IMG/VR virus record: IMGVR_UViG_3300046703_000335
Span: 1-64,000 of that record
Strand: one strand, 5' to 3'
Length of the DNA stretch: 64,000 bases
Shown here piece by piece: positions 31,072 to 41,861 of the stretch. Every line of letters starts with the position of its first letter. The stretch's first letter is position 1. The position numbers and the translations under genes are program-made. Below the pieces are notes generated by a model. The model was not told the DNA's origin, searched no databases, and was given only the letters and a program-made list of their open reading frames with translations.

Positions 31072-33056
31072 ATCCAGTGTCTACCTTCGCAATTATCCGG
31101 GAGATTTGGACTATAAAAAGGATCCACAAAATTAGACAAACACCACTTCTCATCCATATATGCTATAGCTTTTATAAAATTTTCATCTTTAGCAGAATCA
31201 TATCCTCGGGTATGAGATTCACGATGATATAATCGAGCAAAAGGAGTATAAACAATCGATTTTCCATTTTTTCTTAATTTAAGACAAAGATCAATATCGT
31301 TAAATGCTGCAGGAAGCTTTGGATCAAAACCACCCACTGCCAGAAAATCACCTTTACGAACCAACATGCATGCCCCAGTAACCGCAGAAATATCTTGAGT
31401 AAGATGAGGTCTTGAAAAATACCCAGGATCCCAATCCCACAACATCTTATGACTGTGCCCTGCAACTCCATTATTTCCTACAATAACTCCTGCATGCTGT
31501 ATCCGGTGATCTAAGTATAGGAGTTTAGCCCCTACCGCAGCTACTTCTGGTTGTATGAAATGTTGCACCATGTTATAAAGCCAATCAGGATGCATGATCT
31601 CTATATCATTATTTAAGAACAGTACAAATTCTGAATTATCTCCACAAACTGAAACAGCATAATTATTTATCTTAGAGAAATTAAACTCTTTCTCATATTT
31701 CAGTACTCTTATTTTCTTATTAGAAGATAATTTTGATAAATATTTATGAGTTTCATTTTTCGTACTGTTATTATCTACCAGTATAATTTCATAATTCTTG
31801 TATGATGTCAATTTAAAAGTTTTTAAGAGATTATTAAGAACATAAATCTCATCTTTGAATGGTACAATAATAGAAATTTTAGGTTCTTTAGACAAGATAT
31901 ACCGTACATCATAATGCCCCGGAAAATTCCCAGCAGCCACTATAGCTTTTCTATTTATACGCTTGAGATGGTCCTCTAACGCTCTTGCACCATTAAACCT
32001 GGCATTAGGCTTATTTACGATGCTACTTGCTGTAGAAGAGGGGGTAATGCGCCAATGATATAGGATCTTAGGGACATGAAATATATTCTTTGTTTGCTCA
32101 ATGAATCTCAACGCCAAATCATAATCTTGAGAACCATCAAACCCCGTCCTGATTCCCCCAATATTATCAATAATATTTTTTCGATAAACTGAGAAATGAC
32201 ACATATACATTGAGGATAGAAAAAGGTTATAGTTCCAGTCAGGTTTATAAAAAGGACCCACAAATTTACCATCTTCCAAGACCTTATCTTCATCAGTGTA
32301 TATTAAATCTGCTTCAGGATGTTCCTTACACATTAAAGCGATGTGTAAGAGGGCATCTTTATCCAAAAGATCATCATGATCCAGAAACCCTACAAAGCTC
32401 CCTGTAGCCATAGATAAGGCATCATTAGTAGAACTAACAATACCCCTATTCTTGTTATTAAGTAATACCTTGATCTTATCACTTTTTATAGATTTTAGAT
32501 AATCTGTTAAAACCGGGTCACAAGATCCATCATCAACTATACACCATTCCCAATTTTCATATGTCTGATTAATAACACTTTCTGCGGTGCTTTTAAAGTA
32601 TGCAAGGTCTGTCTTATATGTAGGTGTAATTATGCTAAATATTGGTGCGTTATTAAACTCATATATTGATGTACGTTCTCCTTCTATATATAGACAGGGG
32701 CCATTACTATTGACTTTAATATTAAAGCTCCCCTCAGAATTTTCTCTAACAAAACTGAGAGAAGTATAGATCATACAATCTTGTTTAAATGAATGATCAA
32801 TGGAAAGAATTATTGGACTCTCTGCTATAACTTGATTTGGAGTAATAGTATACTTACGATGAGTTTTTTCGATATACATATCTACCGTAAGTTGACCCAT
32901 TATATTTCCAGTAGAACTAAAAAATAATCCTATGGAGTTTACTTTACCCCTACTTATAGGGATATTAAAAGCATAACTGCTTAGTGGAGTATACTGAGAA
33001 TCCTTATCAATATTACTATAAAGAATAGGATCAATTTTGGTTAAGATATATGACAT
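31068..33056 (-). CDS. Tandem double-GT2 glycosyltransferase with N-terminal extension
   Basis: Two GT-A domains (VDDGS...FLDHDD...SQDYDL; VDNNS...LNNDIE...FNDIDLC). Confidence 0.9.
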   Translation of the reverse strand: MSYILTKIDPILYSNIDKDSQYTPLSSYAFNIPISRGKVNSIGLFFSSTGNIMGQLTVDMYIEKTHRKYTITPNQVIAESPIILSIDHSFKQDCMIYTSLSFVRENSEGSFNIKVNSNGPCLYIEGERTSIYEFNNAPIFSIITPTYKTDLAYFKSTAESVINQTYENWEWCIVDDGSCDPVLTDYLKSIKSDKIKVLLNNKNRGIVSSTNDALSMATGSFVGFLDHDDLLDKDALLHIALMCKEHPEADLIYTDEDKVLEDGKFVGPFYKPDWNYNLFLSSMYMCHFSVYRKNIIDNIGGIRTGFDGSQDYDLALRFIEQTKNIFHVPKILYHWRITPSSTASSIVNKPNARFNGARALEDHLKRINRKAIVAAGNFPGHYDVRYILSKEPKISIIVPFKDEIYVLNNLLKTFKLTSYKNYEIILVDNNSTKNETHKYLSKLSSNKKIRVLKYEKEFNFSKINNYAVSVCGDNSEFVLFLNNDIEIMHPDWLYNMVQHFIQPEVAAVGAKLLYLDHRIQHAGVIVGNNGVAGHSHKMLWDWDPGYFSRPHLTQDISAVTGACMLVRKGDFLAVGGFDPKLPAAFNDIDLCLKLRKNGKSIVYTPFARLYHRESHTRGYDSAKDENFIKAIAYMDEKWCLSNFVDPFYSPNLPDNCEGRHWI

Positions 33057-33640
33057 GTCTTAATGTGCTCCTCAAATAAAACAATCAGGTTATGCAAAAC
33101 TTCTTGCTCATCTCCAACAGCCTGAAGACAGATTATAGGTACTTTTATGTATTCCCTGGTTTTAGCATAAGCTTCTAAGAGCTCCCTTTGATTATCAATA
33201 TCAAGAGTCTCATCTCTTTCCGAACATATTTCTATAGGAGTAGTAAGATAAATATAAAGGTCAGGCTGAACAAAAAGCTTTTCACTGGAGTAAAGTTCTT
33301 TTAAAAATCTGAAACAGTTTGAAGAATATTTATAAGCATAAGATAACCCTGACCATAGGTATCTTTCGCAAATAATATTTTTTGCTGCGATAATACCCTG
33401 ATGTCTTAAACGAGATTCAAAAAATATTCTTTCTCTACGGTATTCATCTATATATCCAGGAGAGTTTAAGAGTTTTGCTTCCTCTATAGAAAAAGAGGGC
33501 TCTTTCGTCCATATGAAGTCCCCAAAATGGGGGTCTATTTTTAAGAGCCCATCAACTGTACAGCTGTTAAGATACTCGGCGAACTTAACAGACAGAGTGC
33601 TTTTACCAGCACGATCGATGCCTTCAAAGGCGATAAACAT
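33041..33640 (-). CDS. tmk: Thymidylate kinase-like nucleotide kinase
   Basis: IAFEGIDRAGKST P-loop, ERYLWSGLSY, QPDLYIYL. Confidence 0.8.
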   Translation of the reverse strand: MFIAFEGIDRAGKSTLSVKFAEYLNSCTVDGLLKIDPHFGDFIWTKEPSFSIEEAKLLNSPGYIDEYRRERIFFESRLRHQGIIAAKNIICERYLWSGLSYAYKYSSNCFRFLKELYSSEKLFVQPDLYIYLTTPIEICSERDETLDIDNQRELLEAYAKTREYIKVPIICLQAVGDEQEVLHNLIVLFEEHIKTCHIS

Positions 33641-33687
33641 ATAAAACCTCTAATTTTATTTAAATGTTATATTAATATACATGAAGC

Positions 33688-34497
33688 CTATTTATTGGCA
33701 AGTTTATCATTAACATCTTTTTCCGTACATGCCCTTTTTATTTTACCCTCTATTCGATATTTCAAAAACAAAGTATCATATTCTGCTTTTTTTCTCAAAA
33801 CATTGGGGACATAATCCTTTGTTTCTTTAACTAAACCTTCCTTTTTATTTTTATAATAATATGCCTGCCAGGGCCCACCATTATAATCTGCCAGGACTAC
33901 ATCCCAGGAATGGTGCTGAGCATATAATACATCAAAAAGCTTTACTGCAAATTTTGTACTTATACCAATATTATACAATAATGAGTCTGTGTATTCCATC
34001 CCAAAGTGCCCGGCTAATAATCGACCAGTCGATGGCATGAATTGATTTAATCCTAAAGCTCCCATAGAACTTCGTGCAAGTTTAGTAAATTTGGATTCTA
34101 TACACTGTGTGGCAAGAATCAGAAAGGGGTCTATATATGAATAATTTTCACACTCCCTCAGGTTGGCTTCAGCGATTTGATAAGCATCATCAAGATTAAT
34201 TTTGATTCCACTTTTTTTCCACTGTAAAACTATTTGATCCCGCATAAAAAGGATCAACTGAGATCTTCTTGATGACCAATCTATTGTAGAGAGCAGAAAT
34301 TGATTTGTTTCTGTATGCAATATAAACTGTTCATCCTGGACTTTCTTAATATCTGTGATCTCCTTATTCAGGTTCTTTGATAGAATTAAGATAAGAAATG
34401 TTAATCCAATGGAAACAATTAAGAAAAATAGGGCAAGAGACCAACCTATAGTGGTTGAGCTTTTCTTACCTCTTTTCTCTGTGTTATCCTCGTCCAT
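33688..34497 (-). CDS. Membrane-anchored lytic transglycosylase (SLT family)
   Basis: N-terminal TM; IES catalytic Glu, GALGLNQFMP, DYNGG, ETKDYV. Confidence 0.85.
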   Translation of the reverse strand: MDEDNTEKRGKKSSTTIGWSLALFFLIVSIGLTFLILILSKNLNKEITDIKKVQDEQFILHTETNQFLLSTIDWSSRRSQLILFMRDQIVLQWKKSGIKINLDDAYQIAEANLRECENYSYIDPFLILATQCIESKFTKLARSSMGALGLNQFMPSTGRLLAGHFGMEYTDSLLYNIGISTKFAVKLFDVLYAQHHSWDVVLADYNGGPWQAYYYKNKKEGLVKETKDYVPNVLRKKAEYDTLFLKYRIEGKIKRACTEKDVNDKLANK

Positions 34498-34519
34498 TGA
34501 TACATCCTTTCGAATAGGT

Positions 34520-34789
34520 TCATAAAACTTCCTTACGTATAAATTTTCCGTTTTCCCAATATTCTTTATGATTATTTTTAGGATCTATCAATGCTGGACC
34601 ACCAACCCTATGCAAAACTCCGTGCTTAAACCACGCCTGATAACCGGTTCGTTTGTTTATTTCAGCAGGACCACCCTGACGATGTTTCTTTCCGTCAAAG
34701 ATGTACACATCCACATCACCAGTAAGAGCTTGCTTACCATTAGGCAACTTCATCATTTTCCCGATATTCATACCTATGGATATAAACAA
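34520..34789 (-). CDS. Small HRxGGPA-repeat protein
   Basis: HRQGGPAEI / HRVGGPALI repeats. Confidence 0.6.
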   Translation of the reverse strand: MFISIGMNIGKMMKLPNGKQALTGDVDVYIFDGKKHRQGGPAEINKRTGYQAWFKHGVLHRVGGPALIDPKNNHKEYWENGKFIRKEVL

Positions 34790-34798
34790 ACATTCCCC

Positions 34799-35560
34799 CT
34801 ACATCTTATATCTTGGTTCAGGCTCATATGTATCTTGATTTACTATCTCATACGTAAATGGCCTACCATATCCAGCTTTACGTGGGTCAAGTGCTATCTG
34901 TTCAGGGGTATACCCCCAGTTAGTACATTGACCTGCATGATAACAAAAGATATTTTTACAGAATGCTACTTCCCAGCCATCTTCCCTCATCATCTTAGAC
35001 ACTAATCCATCATCCCCATAGGCTCCGAGTGCCTGATCCATTCTTTTTATTACCCTGTCAATACTTTCTCTTCTTATCAATTTTAAGGTATTTCCTACAG
35101 CCCCTGCATAAACTACATCGTGTGATATACGGATAGGCATTTGTAATCCTTGTGGAGGTAACTGGGGAGCCAGCATCCCAATTTCTGGATGCTTATTCAT
35201 TATGTCAATCATACAACTAAGCCAATCGGGGGATAGCTTTGGGGGATAGACATCATTATCGGTTACGCAGTAATATTCATCTGAGGATTCCACCATAGCA
35301 TGGAATATTATTTTATTGTACCTGCAGCCGGTATTTCTACTATCAAGTACTACTGAATTAATAATTTTTGAATCTATATACTCATTTAAAATATCACGAG
35401 TATTTTTATCACTTCCATTGTCATATACATTTATTGAAAATGTTCCAGGAGTAGTTCTTTCTACAAGATATCCAATTGTTTTTTTTAAAAAATCTGATCT
35501 CAACCAACTAGTTATGTATATCTGAGTAGGTTTACTTACCATTATATGTGTACTCCCCAA
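34799..35560 (-). CDS. GT2-like glycosyltransferase
   Basis: YDNGSD, SRNTG, VTDNDV, YGDD. Confidence 0.75.
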   Translation of the reverse strand: MGSTHIMVSKPTQIYITSWLRSDFLKKTIGYLVERTTPGTFSINVYDNGSDKNTRDILNEYIDSKIINSVVLDSRNTGCRYNKIIFHAMVESSDEYYCVTDNDVYPPKLSPDWLSCMIDIMNKHPEIGMLAPQLPPQGLQMPIRISHDVVYAGAVGNTLKLIRRESIDRVIKRMDQALGAYGDDGLVSKMMREDGWEVAFCKNIFCYHAGQCTNWGYTPEQIALDPRKAGYGRPFTYEIVNQDTYEPEPRYKM

Positions 35561-36227
35561 AATATTTAAGTTCTGCGTTTTTTCTTGCTTTTATAGCATC
35601 TGACAATTCATAAAAATACCCCAAGTGTATACTTTTCTTTTGTACCATAATATTAGCGTAATATTTACCTGTCTCTTTTTTCTTACCCACACCAGTTACA
35701 CCTATTTTATTCTTAGCCACCCGCTTATTTTCACAATTTCTATAGTGCTCACAAACCCTTAAATTTACTTTTCTATTATCTAAGGTATCATGATTAATAT
35801 GATCTACATCATATTTACTATTGTAAATTCCCATTATAATTCTGTGCATTCTCACTATCTTACCAGATATTTTGCATCTTGATACAGCGTATCCTTCCGG
35901 GCCCCTAACAGCCCATTTGTATTCCCTAATTTTATCTAAATCCTCTTTGTCTACTATAGCAAATTTATTCTTAGTAAGAGGTATTTGGTAATAGTCCTCC
36001 ATGTCTATTGGCTCCCATAATTTAATTGAGGCCTTTGAAATTTGATCTCTCATATAACAACCACATGAATTAGAATTACCCGATTTTAAGTTTGCTCCTT
36101 GCACAATTATTATCTTACCACAAGAGCATTGACAATTCCAAAATGTGGCACCACTTTTTATACAAGCCAAGGATAGCACAGTTAATCTACCAAAGAGTAG
36201 GCCTTCTAACTTTAGCTTCTTAGACAT
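35532..36227 (-). CDS. HNH-AP2 homing endonuclease
   Basis: N-terminal WNCQCSCG, VDHINHDTLDNRKVNLR, C-terminal AP2 (HLGYF...A.KAR..AE.KYFG). Confidence 0.88.
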   Translation of the reverse strand: MSKKLKLEGLLFGRLTVLSLACIKSGATFWNCQCSCGKIIIVQGANLKSGNSNSCGCYMRDQISKASIKLWEPIDMEDYYQIPLTKNKFAIVDKEDLDKIREYKWAVRGPEGYAVSRCKISGKIVRMHRIIMGIYNSKYDVDHINHDTLDNRKVNLRVCEHYRNCENKRVAKNKIGVTGVGKKKETGKYYANIMVQKKSIHLGYFYELSDAIKARKNAELKYFGEYTYNGK

Positions 36228-36439
36228 GGAGTCATCTCTATTCGATAAAAATTGGTTATATAAATGTTTATTATCATATATTGTCTTTCTAATATTAATT
36301 GATTATCATAAAGTGTGCACATGTGTGCTTGATCTACACACTTATTTGATTAAATAAATTGGTTTCTTATTTTTAATAATAGATAACTACAACTAAATAC
36401 TATAAGTTGTTAACTTGTAAATTTTTATTGATTAGTTTA

Positions 36440-36820
36440 CTATCTCCCAATACGTAATCGGACGGTAGCTATATGCCCTGTTACCTTATTGTTAAGTAAT
36501 AACGGCATCTTGTCAAAATCTATATGAAATAACACATTAAATATATCACCTCTATATTTTCCGAGTATCTCCCTTTGTTCATTATAGAGTTTACTATTTT
36601 TTCTCTTTTGTTTAGCTATTAGTACCTCAAGATAACCTTCGGATAGCGTCTTATAGTTTCTCTGGATTTCCTTAAGAATAACTCTAAGATCTTCTAAGGC
36701 AGTGCACTCATCACCAACGTCAAATGAGCTTATACCTGTAAATGACTTTATGCTATTGCATGTCTCATTTAGCAAGATAGCAACTTCACCGTTCGAATAA
36801 ATTATAGTAGGCTTATCCAT
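36440..36820 (-). CDS. Hypothetical protein
   Basis: ORF with SD AAGGTG. Confidence 0.55.
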   Translation of the reverse strand: MDKPTIIYSNGEVAILLNETCNSIKSFTGISSFDVGDECTALEDLRVILKEIQRNYKTLSEGYLEVLIAKQKRKNSKLYNEQREILGKYRGDIFNVLFHIDFDKMPLLLNNKVTGHIATVRLRIGR

Positions 36821-36831
36821 TTATATACACC

Positions 36832-37317
36832 TTAATATGAGCAGTATAACACGGAATATAATCCAAATCTACTTTCATCCCACAAGCCATGTGGCTCCAA
36901 AGTTCTTTTTAATTTTTCTTTTAATCCATTTATATCCGGAATAGGAATGAATCCTTCTTCATCACCCCCATTGGAACTTCCTGTTCCCACTGCACAACCG
37001 AGATACCAACTGTCATTATCCGTACCAGATGCCACATCAAGACTCTCAGGAAATACAACAAGAGTCTGCCCCTCTTCTAAATCGCTTACATCGTCATCTA
37101 AATTATAAACATAAGCGGGATAATCTGCTTCTATCTCCTCTTTTTCATTCAGCCATAACTTACGACCATCTTTAGGATGAAATTCCATTTCACCATCATC
37201 TGTGTATGTATGCTTAAATGCCCTTTTTCTTACAGGTATTTTAGCTCTTGGTATTTTCTCTTCATCAATTAATAACCGTACTCCTATAATCGCTTTTGAG
37301 TAATAATCTGCTCCCAT
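36832..37317 (-). CDS. Hypothetical protein
   Basis: ORF with SD. Confidence 0.6.
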   Translation of the reverse strand: MGADYYSKAIIGVRLLIDEEKIPRAKIPVRKRAFKHTYTDDGEMEFHPKDGRKLWLNEKEEIEADYPAYVYNLDDDVSDLEEGQTLVVFPESLDVASGTDNDSWYLGCAVGTGSSNGGDEEGFIPIPDINGLKEKLKRTLEPHGLWDESRFGLYSVLYCSY

Positions 37318-37353
37318 TACTTTGTACTCCTTTCTATATGCTATTAGTTACAA

Positions 37354-37749
37354 TCAATTTCCATCAATATTAGAATTATCTAATTCATCAATATCTTCTT
37401 CCATGATTGCTCTGGGATCTTCTATTACTTCCTCTATTATCCCTGAAAAACCTGTGGTCTCTTTAACTTCTCGATCATTAGCTAATACCATTCTTGGTTC
37501 AAGGATATCTTTTCGGTACTGCTCCTGATTGTATAAATAAAATTGAACTGCAGTGTTTAAAGCACTGGCAATTTCCATAGCTTCACACGGGGTCATATAT
37601 ATAGAAGTCTTTTTTCCTTCTATTTCTGTAAAGTTAAGTTTAAGAACATCACATTTAGGCTGTCCCTCATCTTCAGGAAAAAGAGTAACAGATAACTGTT
37701 CATTTATCTCCATATCCATCCGATCTTTAATAATCTCTGGTAATTGCAT
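37354..37749 (-). CDS. Hypothetical acidic protein
   Basis: ORF with SD GGAG. Confidence 0.55.
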   Translation of the reverse strand: MQLPEIIKDRMDMEINEQLSVTLFPEDEGQPKCDVLKLNFTEIEGKKTSIYMTPCEAMEIASALNTAVQFYLYNQEQYRKDILEPRMVLANDREVKETTGFSGIIEEVIEDPRAIMEEDIDELDNSNIDGN

Positions 37750-37759
37750 ACCTTCTCCT

Positions 37760-38557
37760 TTATAAATATTTGTCCAACCCTAAAATTGATTTTTTTTCTG
37801 ATAAATCTTCTAATATTGGAACCTCTTCAACCCATCGTTCAGTGTAACTTCGATCCTGTGATATAATTGGCATATCAAGATCAACTACCCACTTATTCCT
37901 GACAACACACCCAACCGGATAAGTAATCTTAAATGCTGATGTCCCTCTTTTATATGAAGTCTCTATATCATTCCAGTTGATACCCAATTGAAGCATTAAC
38001 ATATCCTGTTTTTGACTTCCATTTTTACCCATAAGTTGCTTATGTGAAAAATGTGCCATAGCCACTTGAGAGACTGAATTTTTTTCACAATCTCTTTCTC
38101 GCCAAATAAAATAGTTGGTAACTTCTTCCTTTGGGAGATTCCAGGCACGGGCGTCAAATATCGCAGGACCCTTTTTCTTGTATTGCTCTGGAAGATATGT
38201 CAAGCAAGCATGGTTAAACGCCGCAGTGCATATAGAAGCAGCCACGCTCTCAATCTTATTCGCCCTATTATCAAACCACGCCTCAGTACCTATACTTTGA
38301 TAATCACACATTAATATGGATATCTCATCACTTTGACAATATCCGAGTCTGGCACCCTCAATTTCACTACAGGTCTTTACCATAGCATAGTTCATGCACT
38401 TTTTTAGGTTACTATCAAACGGTCTAACTAAACCCCTTGTCCATGTATGAAATGCCTTTCCGTCAATTCTTAGCATAATGGGAATTCTGCGAACTAATAA
38501 ACGAAATGCACGTTGCTCATAATCCTTCATGCGATCCCCAAGAGAATCCTTACTCAT
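37760..38557 (-). CDS. thg1: tRNA(His) guanylyltransferase-like (Thg1/TLP) 3'-5' polymerase
   Basis: LGDRMK.YE, RIDGKAFH, YCQSDEIS, FDAR, YF.WR..D...NS. Confidence 0.92.
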   Translation of the reverse strand: MSKDSLGDRMKDYEQRAFRLLVRRIPIMLRIDGKAFHTWTRGLVRPFDSNLKKCMNYAMVKTCSEIEGARLGYCQSDEISILMCDYQSIGTEAWFDNRANKIESVAASICTAAFNHACLTYLPEQYKKKGPAIFDARAWNLPKEEVTNYFIWRERDCEKNSVSQVAMAHFSHKQLMGKNGSQKQDMLMLQLGINWNDIETSYKRGTSAFKITYPVGCVVRNKWVVDLDMPIISQDRSYTERWVEEVPILEDLSEKKSILGLDKYL

Positions 38558-39204
38558 TTTATCTCCTCAATACCTCTAAAAGCATTTTTTGTAATTGCTT
38601 CATATATAATCCTGAATCTTACAATTATAATCCGTAGGACTTTACCAACAAAGTCATCAATTAATGACCAAATAGCGGATATAGGCCAATAAAGTACCCA
38701 ATGTGATATAGTCTTCTTATGCTGAATAGCTTTGGGGATTTCTCTATTACCATAACCATAATGTCTAAGCCAATCATCCTGCATATTATATGGAACATTA
38801 GTATCGAGAGTTATTTCTGGTGGACCACCCGCGTCACTATATCTTTTTCCCAGGTCTTCTTTTCGGGATAAGAGCCATGCACATCTTTTTTCTTTATATG
38901 CAATAGCTTTCTTATTTACAAAAAGCCACCACTTAACAAAAGACCAAAGAAATCCTATTATTATATACACAAGGATAAATATAAGAGTCCTCACTGGGTG
39001 TGAAACTACTCCATCAAAAATATTATTTTTTATTGTGAAGTTAAGAAATAAAATGTATAACAGGATATTAATTCCTGACCACACTATAAATTCTTTTTCT
39101 ACCCAATAAAATAGGATAATAATCCAAAGTGTGGTAAGTATAATAGACCATACACTACCAAAGGCAAGATAAGCCCCCACTGCTTCCATAAAAATACCTC
39201 CCAT
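38554..39204 (-). CDS. Membrane protein
   Basis: Three to four hydrophobic segments. Confidence 0.6.
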   Translation of the reverse strand: MGGIFMEAVGAYLAFGSVWSIILTTLWIIILFYWVEKEFIVWSGINILLYILFLNFTIKNNIFDGVVSHPVRTLIFILVYIIIGFLWSFVKWWLFVNKKAIAYKEKRCAWLLSRKEDLGKRYSDAGGPPEITLDTNVPYNMQDDWLRHYGYGNREIPKAIQHKKTISHWVLYWPISAIWSLIDDFVGKVLRIIIVRFRIIYEAITKNAFRGIEEIK

Positions 39205-39232
39205 AAAAAATTCCTCTAATTTTATATACTAT

Positions 39233-39520
39233 CTAAATAGAATAAGATGCATCTCTCGCTTTTTGATTGATACATCTGCCAATATCATTTGAGCATGCCA
39301 GCCCCATTATCCCAGAAGTTACTGTAGAACAGACATCCTTATTAATGCAATCTTCTGGAAATTTTAATCTTTTTTTAGGAGCTATCCCCAGTTCTTTTTG
39401 TCTATTATATATCAGATTCCTAAGAGCATAGCATTCAAGTTCCTTAACCCTAAGTTCCTCCTGCATTGCGATAAGATCACAGTGACATGAATCATATCCC
39501 CCACACTTTGAACAAGCCAT
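39233..39520 (-). CDS. Cys-rich hypothetical protein
   Basis: CxxC...CxC N-terminus. Confidence 0.5.
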   Translation of the reverse strand: MACSKCGGYDSCHCDLIAMQEELRVKELECYALRNLIYNRQKELGIAPKKRLKFPEDCINKDVCSTVTSGIMGLACSNDIGRCINQKARDASYSI

Positions 39521-39533
39521 GTATAACTCTTTC

Positions 39534-40223
39534 CTATATTATATCTGAGACATCAATATCCAGAACACCCTCATTATCTATAGTGTCAGCAAGTATAACC
39601 TGCTTAATATTCTTACAATATTCATATGCCTTTAAAATATCTTTTAATACTACCTTGTCGTACTCACTTAAGCACACGTCATTAAATTTTGGAGCAGTTC
39701 GCATCACATATGATGGATGGTATGTTGACATAGCGTTTATATGCCCAAATATCTCATTTGAGAAATTAGATATTTTTCCATGTTCTATTACCATCGCTCC
39801 AGACTGAGGAAAAAACGCTGACTTAGAAGCATTTCCTAAAAGAACAATAATACCAAGACCACGTTTTTTAAGTTCCGCTATATCTTTATAAAGATGCTTC
39901 AGACAATGTTTGTATTCCTGTGGAGTTGGTATCCTATTACCATCCGGGTTATCTCTTATCGTATTGGAAAAAGCTACTCCAATATGTTTTTTTAGCTTTT
40001 TACGAATGAATAGAACTTGCTGACGAAGTCGTGAGCCTGCTCTCCCAATAAATGGTCTTCCTACTTTTCTTTCATCCGATCCCCCACCTTGACCAATAAA
40101 TAATATGGACACCTTACCTTCTATATCAGGATGACATTCTGTGGGAAGAAAGCAGCATCTTGAAAAAGCAGGACAACTGTTTTCTATACAGGTACATTTC
40201 ATAAGTTCGTGTTCAATTACCAT
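39534..40223 (-). CDS. Uracil-DNA glycosylase family 4-like protein
   Basis: N-terminal Cys cluster, FIGQGGG..E...GRPFIGRAG, SNTIRDNP..NR.PT..E..C, TYHPSY. Confidence 0.82.
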   Translation of the reverse strand: MVIEHELMKCTCIENSCPAFSRCCFLPTECHPDIEGKVSILFIGQGGGSDERKVGRPFIGRAGSRLRQQVLFIRKKLKKHIGVAFSNTIRDNPDGNRIPTPQEYKHCLKHLYKDIAELKKRGLGIIVLLGNASKSAFFPQSGAMVIEHGKISNFSNEIFGHINAMSTYHPSYVMRTAPKFNDVCLSEYDKVVLKDILKAYEYCKNIKQVILADTIDNEGVLDIDVSDII

Positions 40224-40229
40224 AGATAT

Positions 40230-41861
40230 CTATTCGAAAGAGTGTTTTGCATAAGGTGTTTGTGGAGATGGAACTTTTTCAGATTTTTCATATCCCTTGC
40301 TAATTTCCACGGTATCCTCAGAAGTATACCTAAAAGGATCAGTCCCACCAAAGTTACATTCCCTCAGGGCTTTTTTTGATTCTTCAAGGCTCTTAATACT
40401 CTCTTCTATAGCTTCATTTGTTAACATATTGTCAAAGAGTAATGACTTTTCTACTATTTCACAAATATCTGCTTGAGTAAACTTTTTTACGATAATGTCA
40501 TTTAAAAGCTGCTTATTAATGTACGTAAAAGATATGAAATCTTCTGTTAAATCAGGATCACCTTTTTTATTCTTATCATACCGGCACTTCAATATCTCAT
40601 ATACTTCCTCTATATCTTGAGGAGTTTTTACCATAATAACTTCATCAAATCTACCAGGTCTATTTATAAGAGAATAATGGACAAGGCTAGTATCATTAAC
40701 AGTAGCTAATAAAACAATATTTAATGTGTTATCTACATCATCGATTTGTTCAAGAAATTCTCCAAGAGATTGGTGCTTATCTTTAAGTTCACATGAATCA
40801 AGATCCTCAATAACCACCACACAGGGTTGTATGTATCGAATTGTTTGAAAGGTCTCTTTTACAACTGAGGAGGTAATAAAACAATTGGGGCTTATATATA
40901 CAACAGGATATTCTGTTATTGTAGTCTCCAGACAATGTATAATTGTAGATTTACCCGTACCCGGAACACCCACAAAAACAAAACCTCGCTTTTTCTTTCT
41001 TTTTAGCACTTTTCTAATCTCTGAAGATAATTTACTTGTGCTAAATTGCTTTGGTTTTTCTACAATCTCCTGTCTAGGATATGTACTTAAATCATTTGCA
41101 GATAAAAGTATAACATTATTACTCACATCAAAGTGTTCTATGAATTCCCGATAAATAAAACTTTTTAATTCTTTAATTTTTGACATATTATCTCTTGATG
41201 TATATATGTCAGAAAATCTGATATAGTGATCTCCTTCAGATGTCATGTAGCTCCTAACCATCCAGGCAAACTTAACATCTTTTACTTCAAATATTGTTAT
41301 TAATGTGCTATCATCTTCTCTGTATATATCAGGTAAAATCTGTAAATTTTCATATTTATAATAACCCAGTATATTAAAAAATTTAGTCTTGGGTCTTTGA
41401 AGAAGCCATCTTGTAACCTCACTACCCAGTGTAAAACACTCACTATCTAAAAAAACGTTATTATCAGTTATGCCAAAGAGCTCTTTAACTTTTTCTACAG
41501 ATTCATTGCATATTATCTCCTTACCAGCCTTAATAGCTAAATACCTTTTAACTTTTGATGCTAATTCTGTGATTAGCATAGTTGCGGGAATACCATATTT
41601 CAATAAGGTAAGCATAGCTTGATATCTTTTATTATTTTTCTTAAACCTCTTTAATAAATCAATTGAATTATCTGCTATATCAAGAACAAATTCAAGACTC
41701 CCATATTCTTGTAACAGAAATTGAAAGAACTTAACATTCTGCGAATATCCTGCTGTAACGGGGGCCTCATTTACCTTGGCTTGATTATTCGAACTTTTGA
41801 ATCTTCGTATATTACTCATATTGTATATAACTTTCCTATTTTCCGAATGTCCCTTTACCAT
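40230..41861 (-). CDS. AAA+ ATPase (likely start 41819)
   Basis: GVPGTGKS Walker A, VVIEDLD Walker B, RPGRFD. Confidence 0.85.
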   Translation of the reverse strand: MVKGHSENRKVIYNMSNIRRFKSSNNQAKVNEAPVTAGYSQNVKFFQFLLQEYGSLEFVLDIADNSIDLLKRFKKNNKRYQAMLTLLKYGIPATMLITELASKVKRYLAIKAGKEIICNESVEKVKELFGITDNNVFLDSECFTLGSEVTRWLLQRPKTKFFNILGYYKYENLQILPDIYREDDSTLITIFEVKDVKFAWMVRSYMTSEGDHYIRFSDIYTSRDNMSKIKELKSFIYREFIEHFDVSNNVILLSANDLSTYPRQEIVEKPKQFSTSKLSSEIRKVLKRKKKRGFVFVGVPGTGKSTIIHCLETTITEYPVVYISPNCFITSSVVKETFQTIRYIQPCVVVIEDLDSCELKDKHQSLGEFLEQIDDVDNTLNIVLLATVNDTSLVHYSLINRPGRFDEVIMVKTPQDIEEVYEILKCRYDKNKKGDPDLTEDFISFTYINKQLLNDIIVKKFTQADICEIVEKSLLFDNMLTNEAIEESIKSLEESKKALRECNFGGTDPFRYTSEDTVEISKGYEKSEKVPSPQTPYAKHSFE

